In this document: piece by piece, positions 1-12,900 of the stretch | Position numbering within the stretch: position 1 is the first letter of the stretch | How the letters are laid out: the number at the start of each line of letters is the position of its first letter | DNA from: Azolla caroliniana | Taxonomy: Eukaryota > Plantae > Polypodiophyta | DNA length: 64,000 bases | Reading direction: 5' to 3' | Assembly (NCBI GenBank): GCA_043228905.1 | Contig: JBHGNT010000004.1 | Span: 18,662,001 to 18,726,000 of the forward strand | Program-made: the position numbers and the translations under genes | The notes under the pieces: generated by a model | Database searches by the model: none | What the model was told of the DNA's origin: nothing | The model's input: only the letters and a program-made list of their open reading frames with translations

Positions 1-646
1 GAAAAGAGAGAGAAAGTTATTAACCAAGAAGATTGTATATTATCATCCAACAGTAACAAAGTTACAAAATGTTGGTTTAAATACCAACTAAACTAGGGCA
101 AGGGCCCTTTCTACTATTTACAAGACTAGCCTGGTATGTCCATGAGCTTAGTGTGAAACCTATTTCTATGGGAAGTTGAGTTTGATTCTCAACATAAATA
201 AGTAAAACACATGCACTATAGAACATCACAATCTTGACAAAATATTTGTGGGAAACCCATTTTTCTTGATTAAGTTCCCTATGTTCCCACTCTCAAACTT
301 TCACGCCCTTCTCATGGGTAATCACGATGCGCCCACTTTCATACCCTTCTCACGAACATTTGCAACATTGCAAAAGTCATCAATCAAAGTTGCTCAAAGG
401 CAACACAACTACATATGTACGTGAACAAGAGTAAGAATAATACCAAAAGTTTTGACAATGGAACATTGTTATCATGATCCTAATCGTGTATATGTGCAAC
501 ATATCTCCTCTTGTCTCTATTGTATATCCACGTATACACATCTAATTGGTTTTTGGCATAACCAATTTATCTTGTGTAGGTAAGAGTAAACTACAATCAT
601 TATATTGGTTTTTTACTTACATAAGGTTTTCATTGAGTACAAGACA

Positions 647-929
647 TGATAGAGCGTTGGTCAAGGGATTTGCACCCTCCTTCCAAATGAAAATTGAAGT
701 AGGAAATCATCTTAAGAATGTGATATTTCACAAACCTTGAACTATATTGACAATTAGTGGAAAGGAAGTAGTGGAAAACTATATCTCTACTGAAAGGAAG
801 TACTGGAAAACTATTGTCGCCCTCGTCTATGGGTGTTTTGCTCTCTCAAAGTTTCTCCTCTTCATTTGTTGTCTGTGCATTCAGACCCTTGAGAAGAACT
901 GTAGTTCTCTGCTCCATCGACTTACAATA
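647..929 (+). repeat. 5' LTR of copia element A
   Basis: Homologous to 18765-18950 and followed by PBS 931-942; start uncertain. Confidence 0.65.
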
Positions 930-1361
930 GTGGTAACAGAGCGTTGGGAAACCGCAATAGGGAGCCTGGGAGAATGGAGCCACTTGGTTGAAGCATTGAT
1001 CTATTGTTGGGCCTATTTAGCATTTCTTTTTCTTTCGACGGGAAGAAAATAACCTGTTATCCACAGGTATTCCTTTGATTCAAACTCTCATGCTTGTTCA
1101 ACATATTTTTCAATGGACATAAATTGTGGTGGGAGACCTCACTATTTTGGCAGCGAATTGGAATCAATGTGGAGGCATAGTCGATGCCTACAACTTGATA
1201 TTTTAGAAATATATGCTAACGGTAGTTGATATTTGGAAGGTGTATCCATAGTGGTGCATGTTATATGCAGCACTCATTGGTATCACTTTGATATTTATGG
1301 GCAATAAGTTGGTCAGTTGCTTGCTTCTATTATTCAGTTGAGAAGTTCTTGTGTTCAGTTG

Positions 1362-1670
1362 TGTTGAGAATCAAGATCAACCTAGTCCAATGTGTGAACA
1401 CACCTTTTGAGAATCTTAGAGCACTCAAAGGTCAAAGGTCACCACTACTTTCTACACATTAACTATGTGTCATAGAATCATATTCTATGACACATAACTA
1501 ATGAGTTCCATATTCCCCATAACTAATGACTTTCCACATTCCCCAAGGTTCTAGAGAGAGTGGGTGTTTTGGTGAGAGAGTGTAGAGAGAGGGTGACCTT
1601 ATATAGGGTTTAGGGTTTAGGGTTTACTCTAATCTATTCTGCTGCATAGAATCACACTCGATGCTTTACA
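1362..1670 (+). mobile_element. Solo LTR related to element E LTRs, inserted in the 5' leader of element A
   Basis: TGTTGAGAATCAAG...TTTACA termini; perfect TSD agttg (1357-1361, 1671-1675); shares gtcatagaatcatattctatgacacataa and gagagagggtgac with the LTR at 52157-52553. Confidence 0.9.
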
Positions 1671-1779
1671 AGTTGTTTGATATTATTGTTCACTCCCATG
1701 GAGTCAGAAACGTTGGATGTATCTAGTAGCACTTTTGTTGGTTGTAATAGTTCATGTAAGAACTATTTGTTTCTTGGAA

Positions 1780-3023
1780 AAGATCATATTGAGATCCACA
1801 AATTTGATGGATCTAATTTTGCTTTGTGGAAGAATTAAATGTGTGATGTATTGGTTCAAAGAAGGCAAACGAGGCCTCTAGGTGGCAAAGAAATGAAACC
1901 TAATGATATGGATGATGACGATGATGGGGAGGAACTTGATGTTGTGACCATGTCTACAATAAGACTACGCTTGACAGATCGTGTCTATTTCACTGTTTTA
2001 GACAGTAAATATTCTGAAGAACTTGGAAAAAGTTATTCAATTACATATGAGAAGGAAACTGCAGCAAACATAGTGGTTTTGATGAGAAAACTCTATGACC
2101 TTCGCATGAAGGACGCCGATAGTGTTGCGTCTCATCTAAATGAGTTTAATGCATTATGGTCTCAATTGCAAGCTCAAAAGATGACCATGGATGATGAGTT
2201 GAAATCTATTTTTTTGTTATGCACATTGCGTGCCTCATGGGACACTTTCTATACTGCCATCAGTAATAGTGCACCAAAAGGAAAATTGGTGTATACAGAT
2301 ATTTGTGGAGCCTTGCTAAGTGAAGAAAATCGTATAAAATCTACGGTTGCCTCAGAAATGAGAGGCATATAATGTACGAGATTCTAGTTATGGCAAGAAC
2401 CAACAACATGGTAGAAGCCAAACCAGAATCAGCCATAGAAATGATAAGAGCAGAAGAAAATCTAGAAAGACACTTGTGGAATGCCATTATTGCCACAAGA
2501 AGGGTCATATGAAAAAGGACCAATATGCCTTGAATAACAAAGAAAGAGAAAAGTAAAAGGGTAAAACCCATGGTGGTGGGCATGTTATGCAGGTGACCGG
2601 TTCATCATATTCTGAAGTGAAAATAGAGGAAATAAATAAGCTACATGACATTTTGGTCATGGATGATGATGCTCTTATGTTGAGGTTAATATGGCTCACT
2701 CGCTTGCTCATACATGGTTGTTGGACTCTGGTGCTTCATTTCATGTGACCCCACATAGAGAGTGGTTCACACGATATGAAGCTAAACCACTTGGTACAGT
2801 CTCGCTTGGAGATTCACATCAGGGCGATGTGATTGGCATTGGAGATGTTATGATACAGTTTTCTTATGGTTCTTTGTTTATTGTACAAAATGTATGCCAT
2901 GTGCCTGAGCTAACTCGTGGGTTGATGTCTGTTGGACAACTTGATGACATTGGATATTAAGTTATATTCGCTTCCCAGTTTTTTCGTATTACAAAAGGAA
3001 ATATGGTTATTGCCAAAGGGAAC
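1780..3023 (+). pseudogene. Element A gag (UBN2-type) and aspartic protease, frameshifted with stops
   Basis: ORFs 1839-2372 (HLNEFNALWSQL...IFLLCTL) and 2691-2960 (WLLDSGASFHVTPHREWF...LMSVGQLDD); cut at IAKG|N by element B. Confidence 0.85.
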
Positions 3024-3470
3024 TATTAAGAATTAGGTAAGTAATTAAGCAAGGTTAATTAGTACCTAATTATGTGATTAAGTTAATAAGAGGAAGATTA
3101 AGTGATATGTGTGTGTATGTGTGTGAGAGGAAGAGAGAGAGAGGGAGGGAGAGATACACTTATGAATAACACAAGATGGGGGATGAGTAAGTATATTAAA
3201 TTAGCATTATCATCATCAAATACAAAAATACCCACAATAAGGTATATATACATCTCATGTGCAGAGGTGCACATGTGTGAGTAGAATATAGGTACTAATG
3301 TGTAAGTCCTATATTAAATGTACTTAGGAGTGGAGGATCTAGAATATCCCACTTAAGTACAAGGTCCTATTTAAGGGGTTATAGTCAACACTTCTAACTA
3401 GATTCTATCTAAGTAACTACGAAGTTACATGGTTGACTAACTAAACTAAGTTGAGCTTGATCTCTCAACA
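3024..3470 (-). repeat. 3' LTR of element B
   Basis: Highly similar to 16906-17349; adjacent PPT (tgagggggcg on minus). Confidence 0.92.
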
Positions 3471-3896
3471 CGCCCCCTCAAGCTCAAGTGTGAGGCGTTC
3501 GACATCCGCTTTGGCTTTTGTCAGCTTCGTGTGCTTCCGTCCGGCCTTCGGCTTTCTTTGCCGTGGCAATCTCGGTTCCTCCCCCTCAAGCTGATGACGA
3601 AGGCTTGTAGTGTGTGGGCGAAGGTCGACTACTTCCACCCATCGTGGGTTACGAGCCGCTTCGGTGGAGCTCTTGGGCTCTTGTTCGGCCGCTACCTTCA
3701 CCGCAAAGGCGTAATGATGGGCCATGTACTCGTTGTAGTCGTGCCGAGTGACGGGGTTCTTAGATCTAGATGAGCGTCGAAGTTTTTCGCTCGCCGATGT
3801 GAGCGCCTTCTTTACTCCGGGTATACGCAAGATGGGTACACCAAACTCACTGTCTAGTGAGGGTGCCGATCCATCCGAATCATTGTCGTCAAGGTG

Positions 3897-3931
3897 TGTT
3901 AAAGATCTCTTGCGGAAGCGTTAGAAAGAAC

Positions 3932-3981
<50 letters not shown>

Positions 3982-6900
3982 GCGGGAGAGAGAGAGAGAG
4001 AGAGAGAGAGAGCAAAACACACTATTTCTCAAAATTATATGAATACTCTGTGCTCTGTGTTTTTACAACGCGCTCATTAGCGCTATTTATACAAGCCCAC
4101 ATGGGACTGTTAGAAGTACGGTGTACTTCAATGCTCACACGAGCATCTAACACAAACTACGAGACTATAACTGCCTAGTAGTCTAACCTATACTAGGCTT
4201 CTGGTTACGGATTGGATCCGGCATACCGGCTCCCCAGCTCACAGGTCCTTACTGCTTACCGGCTCGGTTGCTCACCGGCATACCGATTCATCTCGCTTAC
4301 CGGCTCAGGCTTATTCAGCTGATCCGGCTCCGGTTGAGCTTGCCGCTCAACACTCCCCCTCAAGCTCAACCTGAGGTAGGGTCGTAGTGTCAACCTCTGT
4401 GGCAGCCGGTTCTTCCAACCAACTTCTCCTGGCGTCGCTTCGCCTTGCTCGCGCTCCTTGTCCGGTCTAGTCCCGTTTGCTGCGACCCCTTTGGTTCTGC
4501 GCGCCTCAACCTTCGGCATGTCTGCTCAGTAGGCCCATCTCAGCTCCTTCGCTGCTATGACTCCGGCGCTTGCCGATCCGTCGGTTCCTCCGCGATGGCA
4601 TCGACTTCCGCTGCGTCCGTGTCTGATTGGCCTCTCATTGATCCGACTCATCCAGATCCGTCTGTTGATCCGAATCGGCTATCTCCGACTCGTTCCAGCT
4701 CTTGTCCGAATCGATATCCTCCGATTCGATTTTCGGCTTTAGGCCTCTCACCACATCGGACCACGTCCAGGTCTTGGCCTTCTCCGTGCTTCCCTTGGCT
4801 TCTTCACAGCAGCTCACTCCGACCTGTTCGGATGTGCCGACTTCCTTCGTCAACTCGACTTTATTTTTCTTCTTGTCTCCACCTCTACCGGTTCTTCTCT
4901 TACCTACGGGTTCAACAGTTTTTTTGCCTTTGCCCGTTTCGGTAGTGTCTTTGCCCTTGCGTCTCCCCCTCAAGTGCAGCACGTCGAGATGTTGAACACC
5001 AAGCATTTCGGTAAAGTGCTGCAACTTGTCCAACCCGAGCGGCTTGGTGAAGATGTCGGCAACTTGTCGATCCGTGTGAACATACCGTAGTTCAACTTCA
5101 CCGCTAAGGACCCACTCACGCACGAAGTGATAATGCACTTCTATGTGCTTTGTGCGAGCATGGAACACAGGGTTCTTGGCGAGCTGCATGCTGCTGAGGT
5201 TATCGTAGTAGATCAGGATCGGGGTCGGTACCTCGATCCGCAGGTCTTGCAATAGTCGCCGAAGCCAAATGGCTTCTCAGGTGGCAATGGTCGTGCCCCG
5301 GTATTCAGCCTCAGTGCTGGATAGAGCCACTGTTGGCTGCTTTTTGCTACTCCATGCAACAGCCGCGCTCCCAAGAGAAAACATAAAGCCGGAAGTTGAG
5401 CAATGATCCGTTGCATCGCCAGCCCAGTCGGCATCTGTGTAGCCGACAAGCTCTTCGGTTATACCTTCCCGGTAAAAGAGCCCCCGGTCCTTAGTGCCGC
5501 TTACATACCTCAGTATTCGTTGCACACATTGAAGGTGCTCCACGGTCGGCTTCTGCATGAATTGGCTTACCACTCCGACCGGATAGCTAATGTCGGGTCG
5601 GGTGATGGTCAAGTAGATTAGGCTTCCGACTATTTGTCGGAACCGTTTCTCATCGCAGGCTAGACCGGAGTTGGGACAGATCTTCTGATTCTGGTCCAGG
5701 GGTGTGGAGATAGGTCGGCATTCTATCATGCCGAACTTGAACAGCATATTCAACACATAATAGCGTTGAGAAAGCAATATGTCGTCGGGGGTGCGGATCA
5801 CCTTGATCCCCAAAAACTAATGAAGGTCCCCCAAGTCCTTCATATCGAATGCATCTGACAACTGGGACTTGACGTGGTTTATTTCCGGAAGACCTGGGCC
5901 GGTGATGACTAAATCATCAACATAGAGTAAGATACATACCGGACCGTTTGAGCCTTGACAGATGAACAGGGAAGAGTCTGACTTAGAGGCAACAAACCCC
6001 ATCTTTCGCAACCGATGCGTGATCTTCGCATTCCAAGCTCGAGGGGCTTGCTTCAGGCCGTACAACGACTTCTTCAGCCGACATACCACCGACTTGTTCA
6101 TCTCCGATTGAAAGCCGGGGGGTTGAGTCATAAAGACTTCTTCTTCAAGATCACCCTGAAGAAACGCATTCTTCACATCCATCTGGTGAAGATGCCACCC
6201 CCTTGCTGCAGCAACCGCCAGCACCACACGAACCGTCGTCATCTTCGCTACCGGAGCGAAGGTCTTGTCGTAGTTGATTCCGTGGGTCAGCGCGTATCCC
6301 TTTGCCACTAACCGGGCTTTATACCGGTTAACAAAACCGTCAGTGTTGTACTTTACCTTGTATTCGGCTTCCGAATATAGCTCGTGAGCTGACACCTTGT
6401 CACCGATTCAGTTCTGGATGTAGACAGCCGTTCAGACTGCCTCCGCCCAGTAGAATTTGGGCATGCTCTTCTCCTCCAGCATTGCCCTTGCCGCATCGAT
6501 AAGCGACCAGTTCTTCCTCTCGACAACACTGTTCTGTTGCGGTGTGTATCTGCAGCTAAACTCTCGCCGAATTCTCGTTTGCTGCAGATAACTATTGAAT
6601 TGGCCGGAAGAGTATTCTTTCCCGCCGTCCGACCGCATGCATTTGATCTTCCTCTCCGATTCCCGTTCCACCATGCTTTGGAGACTCTGGAAACACTCGA
6701 AGGCTTCACTCTTACGCTCAATGAGTTAGATCCATGTGTGCCGCGTATAGTCGTCGATGAAGGAGATGAAATATCAACTCCCGCCAAGACTAACATTCTG
6801 TGTCGGTCCCCACACATCCGAATGGATAAGATCGAGCTTGTTACGGCTTCGATTTCTTTCGGTGGGGAATGGAAGCCGTTGTTGCTTCCCGAGTTGGCAG

Positions 6901-8547
6901 GCTTCACAAATCTGGGCTCTCCGGCCGCTAAACTTCGGCAAACCGAAAACAACTTGTTCCGTTTGCAGGTCTTGAAGCCTCTGGTAGTTGACGTGGCCGA
7001 TCCGCTTGTGCCATAGGTCGATATCCGACTCGACTTTCTATCCTTTGGTGAACAGTGCAGTGTCGACGTCATTGGTGTTGAGGATAAACATCCTCCCATC
7101 TTTGCGCCCTTGCGCAATAACTTCGCCCTCATCCTCAATGAAGCACCCGAGGTGCGTAAACCGCACCTGCATCCCCTAGTCGACGATTTGTCCGACCGAC
7201 ACCAGGTTCTTCGTGATCGTCGGAACATGTAATACATTCATTAGCTTCCCCTTCTGTCCGACGTGGCTCAAAGGGACATCTCCGACGTGCACGATCGGGT
7301 GGGGAGTGTCGTCTCCGGTTTCGACAACTCCCGGTTGATCCGGCTTCTCCAAAAAGGAGAACCACTCCCCGTGGCTCGTCATGTGGTTTGACGCGCCGGA
7401 GTCAACGTACCACACTTCCTCCTATTTGGAAGTGGTCTTCTTCATTGAGTTTTCCTTGTGCTTCATCACCAAGGCTGGCCCCTTACCGTTCTAGGATCCT
7501 CCCGATCCATTTGCATATTGCGAGCTTTGTCGGCCTTCCTTACCGGTCTTGCCGGATCCGAATTTGTCCGAATCGGCACGCTTTCTCCAGCACTCACTTT
7601 CCTTGTGGCCCTTTTTGCCACAGTACCAGCATTCTGTAGCGGATTTGTCTTGCCGGCCTTCGGCACCACCTTGACTCCCTCTGCATGTGGAAGTCCCGGA
7701 ACTGTTGTCGGCACGCTCATTGTGCCTTCGTTCCTACTCTTGCCGGCCGCCTCCATTGCGTGCCGACTTGCCTCGTCCACCACGCCCGCGGGACCGATCC
7801 GCTCCCGTGTATAGCATCCGGCTATCTGGGGATGCACTAGTAGATGCACCGGCGTGGTTCTCTACAAGGAGCATCGACTATAAGTCGAAAAATGAGGGCG
7901 TATTCTCCCTTATACAAACCGCAGTCCGGAAAGCTCTGAACTTGGACGCCAGGCCTCCAAGACAGACCTGCACCATCTCGTCTTCCTCTACGGCGACGTT
8001 AATAGAGGCAAGCGAGTCACAGATCCCTTTGATCCGGGCTGTGTAGTCTGCCACCGACATGTTCTTCTGTCGAACATTGCTCAACTCCTGTCTGAGTTGC
8101 AACTTTTGGGCAATGGTGCTTGTGGCAGAGACCTTTTTCAAGTTTCCCCAAGCATCCTCCGGTGTCTTGGCGTCACAGATATGGCTGAGCAGCTGGTCAC
8201 CGACATTGGACGCGAAGCAGTACATCACCCTGCTTGCCGCATGTTCCCACACTGGGAAGTCCTTGTGTGTCGTCTCCGGTGCTGAGTCGTTCACTCCGTC
8301 GACATAACTCCAGTAGCCATGCCCAAGCAAGTACTGGTGCATCTTGTATGACCAAGATGCGTAGTTGGTTCTGTCGAGCTTCTCCACCGAGAGCGACGTA
8401 GCCATACCTCTGTCCATTTCTCCTTTTGTGTCTGTTTTCCAATCTGTTAGGGTTTCCTTCACAAGCGTAGATGTCTGCAGCAGAGGTTCTCAGCCCACGC
8501 ACTCTGATACCATGTTAAAGATTTCTTGCGGAAGCGTTAGAAAGAAC

Positions 8548-8583
<36 letters not shown>

Positions 8584-8936
8584 GCGGGAGAGAGAGAGAG
8601 AGAAAGAGCAAAACACACTATTTCTCAAAATTATATGAATACTCTGTGCTCTGTGTTTTTACAACGCTATTTATACAAGTCCAAATGGGACTGTAAGAAG
8701 TACGGTGTACTTCAATGCTCACACGAGCATCTGACACTAACTACGAGACTATAACTGCCTAGTTGTCTAACCTATACTAGGCTTCCGGTTAAAGATTGGA
8801 TCCGGCATACCGGCTCCCCAGCTCACAGGTCCTTACTGCTTATCGGCTCGGTTGCTCACCGGCATACCGATTCATCTCGCTTACCGGCTCAGGCTTATTC
8901 AGCCGATCCGGCTCCGGTTGAGCTTGCCGCTCAACA
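3897..8936 (-). mobile_element. Ty1/copia element C (degenerate, deletion between integrase and RT) nested in B
   Basis: LTRs 3897-4352 and 8513-8936; perfect TSD aggtg (3892-3896, 8937-8941); PBS 8501-8512; PPT 4353-4364. gag 7878-8462, PR (WYVDSGASNHMT), IN, RT (QMDVKNAFL, LYVDDL) and RNaseH (RTKHIEVHYHFVRE) lie in broken frames. Confidence 0.95.
8513..8936 (-). repeat. 5' LTR of element C
   Basis: Matches 3897-4352 apart from (GA)n length and small indels; adjacent to PBS. Confidence 0.92.
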
Positions 8937-9924
8937 AGGTGGTCAACTTCGTATTCGGGCATCTTACCTTTGTCTTTGTCCAAGTTCGTACTTGACCGCG
9001 ATGTCCTTGGGTCACATGGGGGATCTTGTGGTCCACTAGGCTTTGCCGTAATCAGACTTTCTTCAAACATGTGTTCGAAGCGATCTCCATCTTCTATCTC
9101 TTGTCCGGTGGATTCCGGGTCCAGTGGAGTCAAAGTCGAAGTTGTCTCTGGTGCGTACCAGGATGCGGACTCATCGAAGACTACGTCTCAACTTACCCGA
9201 ACCGCTCAGGTAGAAGGGTTGTAGCACTTGTATGCCTTCTTCTCAAACGAGTATCTTATGAGGATACATTCCTCCGACTTCGCGTCGGGCTTCTGTCGGC
9301 TTTCGTTCGGGATGCGTACATTCGCAATGCTTCCGAACACCTTGAGGTGCAACAGGATCAGCTTCCTTCCAACGAGGAACTCGTAGGGAGTTAGATCATG
9401 CACTCCATTAGTGGTGCATCGATTCATGAGATAGATGGTCATGGATGCCGCTTCGGCCCAATAGAAATTCTGCATGTGCTTCTCGTGCATCATGGCGCGT
9501 GCTACCTCGAGTATTTGCCGATTCTTCCTTTCAGCTACTCCATTTTGTTGGGGTGTGTGTCGGCATGAGAATTCTCTCCTAATGCCTTCACTTTGGAGAT
9601 AGCAGGTGAATTCATCGGAGTAGTACTCCTTGCCTCCATCCGATCGTAGGCATCGAATGTGCCGACCGGTTTCTTTTTCGATTTTCCCCTTGAGCTTTTG
9701 GACGTGGGAGAACACTTCGCTCTTCTTCTTCATCAGGTAGATCCACGAGTAGCACGAGTAGTCATCGATGAAGGTTACGCAGTATCGGCATCCGCCGATC
9801 GTTGGCGTTTGAGCCGGTCCCCATACATCCAAGTGTATGACGTCGAGGAGGCCTTTGCTTGCGTGGTTCTCCTTCGAGAATGGGAGTCAATGTTGTTTGC
9901 CGAGTTGACACGCTTCGCAAACTC

Positions 9925-12900
9925 TATTGAAATTTCGTGCTCGGCCACAACCGAGGAACAGGATCGATTCACAGAAAACGGGAAATACAACAATGCACGA
10001 AAGACAATAGAGAGAAAGGTACACTGGATGTTTTACGTGGAAAACCCTAAATGGGAAAAACCACGGGAGCCTCAAACTCCAACTATCACTATGAACAGGG
10101 ATGTACACTGGTGAAGCTACAAGGCAACAACCTTGAGCTCGCTGTCTTCGCCACAGGCGGCGGCAATACACAGAGGCAACGACCTCTTCGTCTCTCTCTC
10201 TCTCTCTCTCTCGGCTGCTCTCACTTCGCATGAAAATTAAGCAACAACCTCGTAAAACTGTTTGCCCTAAGTCACATTTATACATATATGACTTTCGGGA
10301 TATTTACAAATATAGCCCTGCATCCGGATCTCTCTCTCCGGGTACATTCGTCATCCGGCTCCGTAGCCGGGGTCTTCATCATCCGGATCCGTATCCGGGT
10401 ACTCTTCATCCGGCTTCATGCCGGGTACTCTTCATCCGGTTCCGTAACCGCAACCGGGCTTGCCGTCATTCATCTCCGGACATCCCATCCGGAGGGACCG
10501 TAATCCCAACAAACTCCCCCTTCACTTCGGCATGGGATGTCTCTCCAATCCGATCCTCTTCCGGCATGCTTCCAGCTTGTCGGGTGTGAGCACCTTGGTC
10601 AGCATATCCGACCCGTTCTCGTCAGTGTGGATCTTCGTCAGCACGAACTCCTCGTCTTCTATCCTCTCCCGGATCCAGTGGTATCTCCGCTGGATGTGTT
10701 TCGTCCGGGAATGGTAGGCCGCGTTCTTCGCAAGGTGGATGGCACTCTGACTGTCGCAGTAGAGTCGGTACTCCTCCTGTTGGATACCGAGCTCTCTAAT
10801 GAAGTCCTTCATCCATATTATTTCCTTGCCGGCTTCAACAGCTGCCATGTACTCCGCCTCCGTGGTTGACAACGCAACCGTCTTCTGCAGCCTCGACTGC
10901 CACGAAACGGCTCCCCCTGCATAGGTCATCACATACCCTGATGTGGACCGGCTAGTATCTGCATCAGCCGACATATCCGAATCGGTGAAGCCGTCGAGTT
11001 GGGGCTTACCGGAGCCGAATCGAAGGCACACGTTTGCCGTGCCCTTCAGGTATCGGAGTGTCCACTTGACCGCGTTCCAATGCTCTTTGCCAGGATTGCT
11101 CATGTACCGGCTTACCACTCCGACTGCATATCCTATGTCCGGTCTCGTACACACCATGGCGTACATCAAGCTCCCGACGGCTGAGGCATACGGCACTTTC
11201 ATCATATCCTCCTTCTCAGCCTTTGTCTTGGGGCTCTGCTTGCTGGACAACTTGCAGTTTGCTGGGAGGGTTGACCCGACCGGTCTTGCTTCCGACATGT
11301 TGAACCGGTGAAGCACCTTCGTCACGTACTTCTCCTGTGACAGCCACAACTGCTTCTTCTTCCGGTCCCGGATGATGTGCATCCCTAGTATTTTCCTTGC
11401 CGGACCCAGGTCCTTCATTGAGAAGGTTTGGTGAAGAGCCTTCTTCAGCATCCGTATCTTGACCTGGTCCCGTCCGACGATCAACATGTCGTCCACGTAC
11501 AGGAGGAGTATTAGAAAGTCTCCTCCTTCGAACTTCTTCACAAACACGCAGTGGTCGGACTGCGTTTTGAGGTACCCTTCGTCGGTCATGAAGGAGTCGA
11601 ACTTCCGGTACCATTGCCGGGGAGCCTGCTTCAATCCGTAAAGGCTCTTCTTCAACCGGCATACCAGGTGCTCCTTCCCTTTCTTCTCGAATCCTTCCGG
11701 TTGCTGCATGTAGATCTCTTCATCGAGGTCACCGTGAAGGAATGCCGTCTTCACGTCCATCTGTTCTACCTCGAGGTCCATGCTTGCCGCTATGCTCAGC
11801 ACCGTCCGGATAGAGGTCATCTTCACTACCGGGGCAAATATCTCGTCGAAGTCGACGCCCTTCTTCTGCTGGAACCCCTTCACCACGATCCTGGCTTTGT
11901 ATCTCTGGGGGTTTCCGGCATCTCCCGGTTTCAGCTTGAACACCCACTTGTTTCGAAGTGCCCGCTTTCCTTTCGGCAACTCCACAAGTTCATATGTGTG
12001 GTTCTCATGCAGGGAATCCATCTCCTCCTGCATGGCACTTAACCACCTGCGGCTCTGGGTGTCGTGCTTTGCTTCTTCAAAGCTCTCCGGCTCCCCCTCG
12101 TCGGTTAGCAGCACGTGCTCTGGTTCCGGAAATCTCCGGGGGGCCCTTCTCTCTCTTAGAGGATATCTCCGTTCGGGAGCTTCGGTAACCGGTTCTTCCG
12201 ATTCTTCTTCTTCATCCGAATCCATTTCGGGATCGGGGCCGGTTCCGGTATCATTTTCATCTTCTTCGGCCGGTTCTGTTTCTTCACCGTCTTCGGCCGG
12301 GTCTTCGAGTGTTAACCGGTCCCTTGCCGGTCGAGACTGCTCCTCGTAGAGTTTATCCTCACCGGTCGACTTGGAGCTCTTCATCTTCTTCTCCGACTCC
12401 CAGTCGGCGAGCGTCTTGTCCTCCATGAAAATGATATCTCGACTCCTGAATATCTTCTTGTCGACCGGGTCCCATACTCGGTAGCCGAACTCGTCGTCGC
12501 CGTAACCGAGGAATATGCATGGCCGGGTCTTTGGATCTAACTTTCCTCTCCGGTCCTTTGCCACATGCACGTATGTGAGACACCCGAACACCTTCAGATG
12601 CCGGTAGGACACTTCCTTACCGGTCCACACTTTCTGCGGCGTGTCTCCGTCCAAAGGTACTGAGGGTGATCTATTTATCACATACGTCGCCGTCGACATT
12701 GCCTCAGCCCAAAATCCCTTGGGTAGTTTCGCATGCGCTAGCATACTCCGGACCCTCTCCATTATGGTCCGGTTCATCCTCTCGGCCAGCCCGTTCAGTT
12801 CCGGCGTCTTCGGCACAGTAAACTCGAGCCGGATTCCCTTCGAGCGACAGTACTCCTGGAACTGCCCCCGGTATTCCCCTCCGTTATCCGCTCGTATCGC

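Noticed and set aside
9920-10516. aactc present both as D's TSD and beside its PPT (10512-10516), suggesting longer LTRs
   Set aside because: The B frame rejoins with a single aactc and the TG terminus is at 10511/15216, so the match is coincidental.
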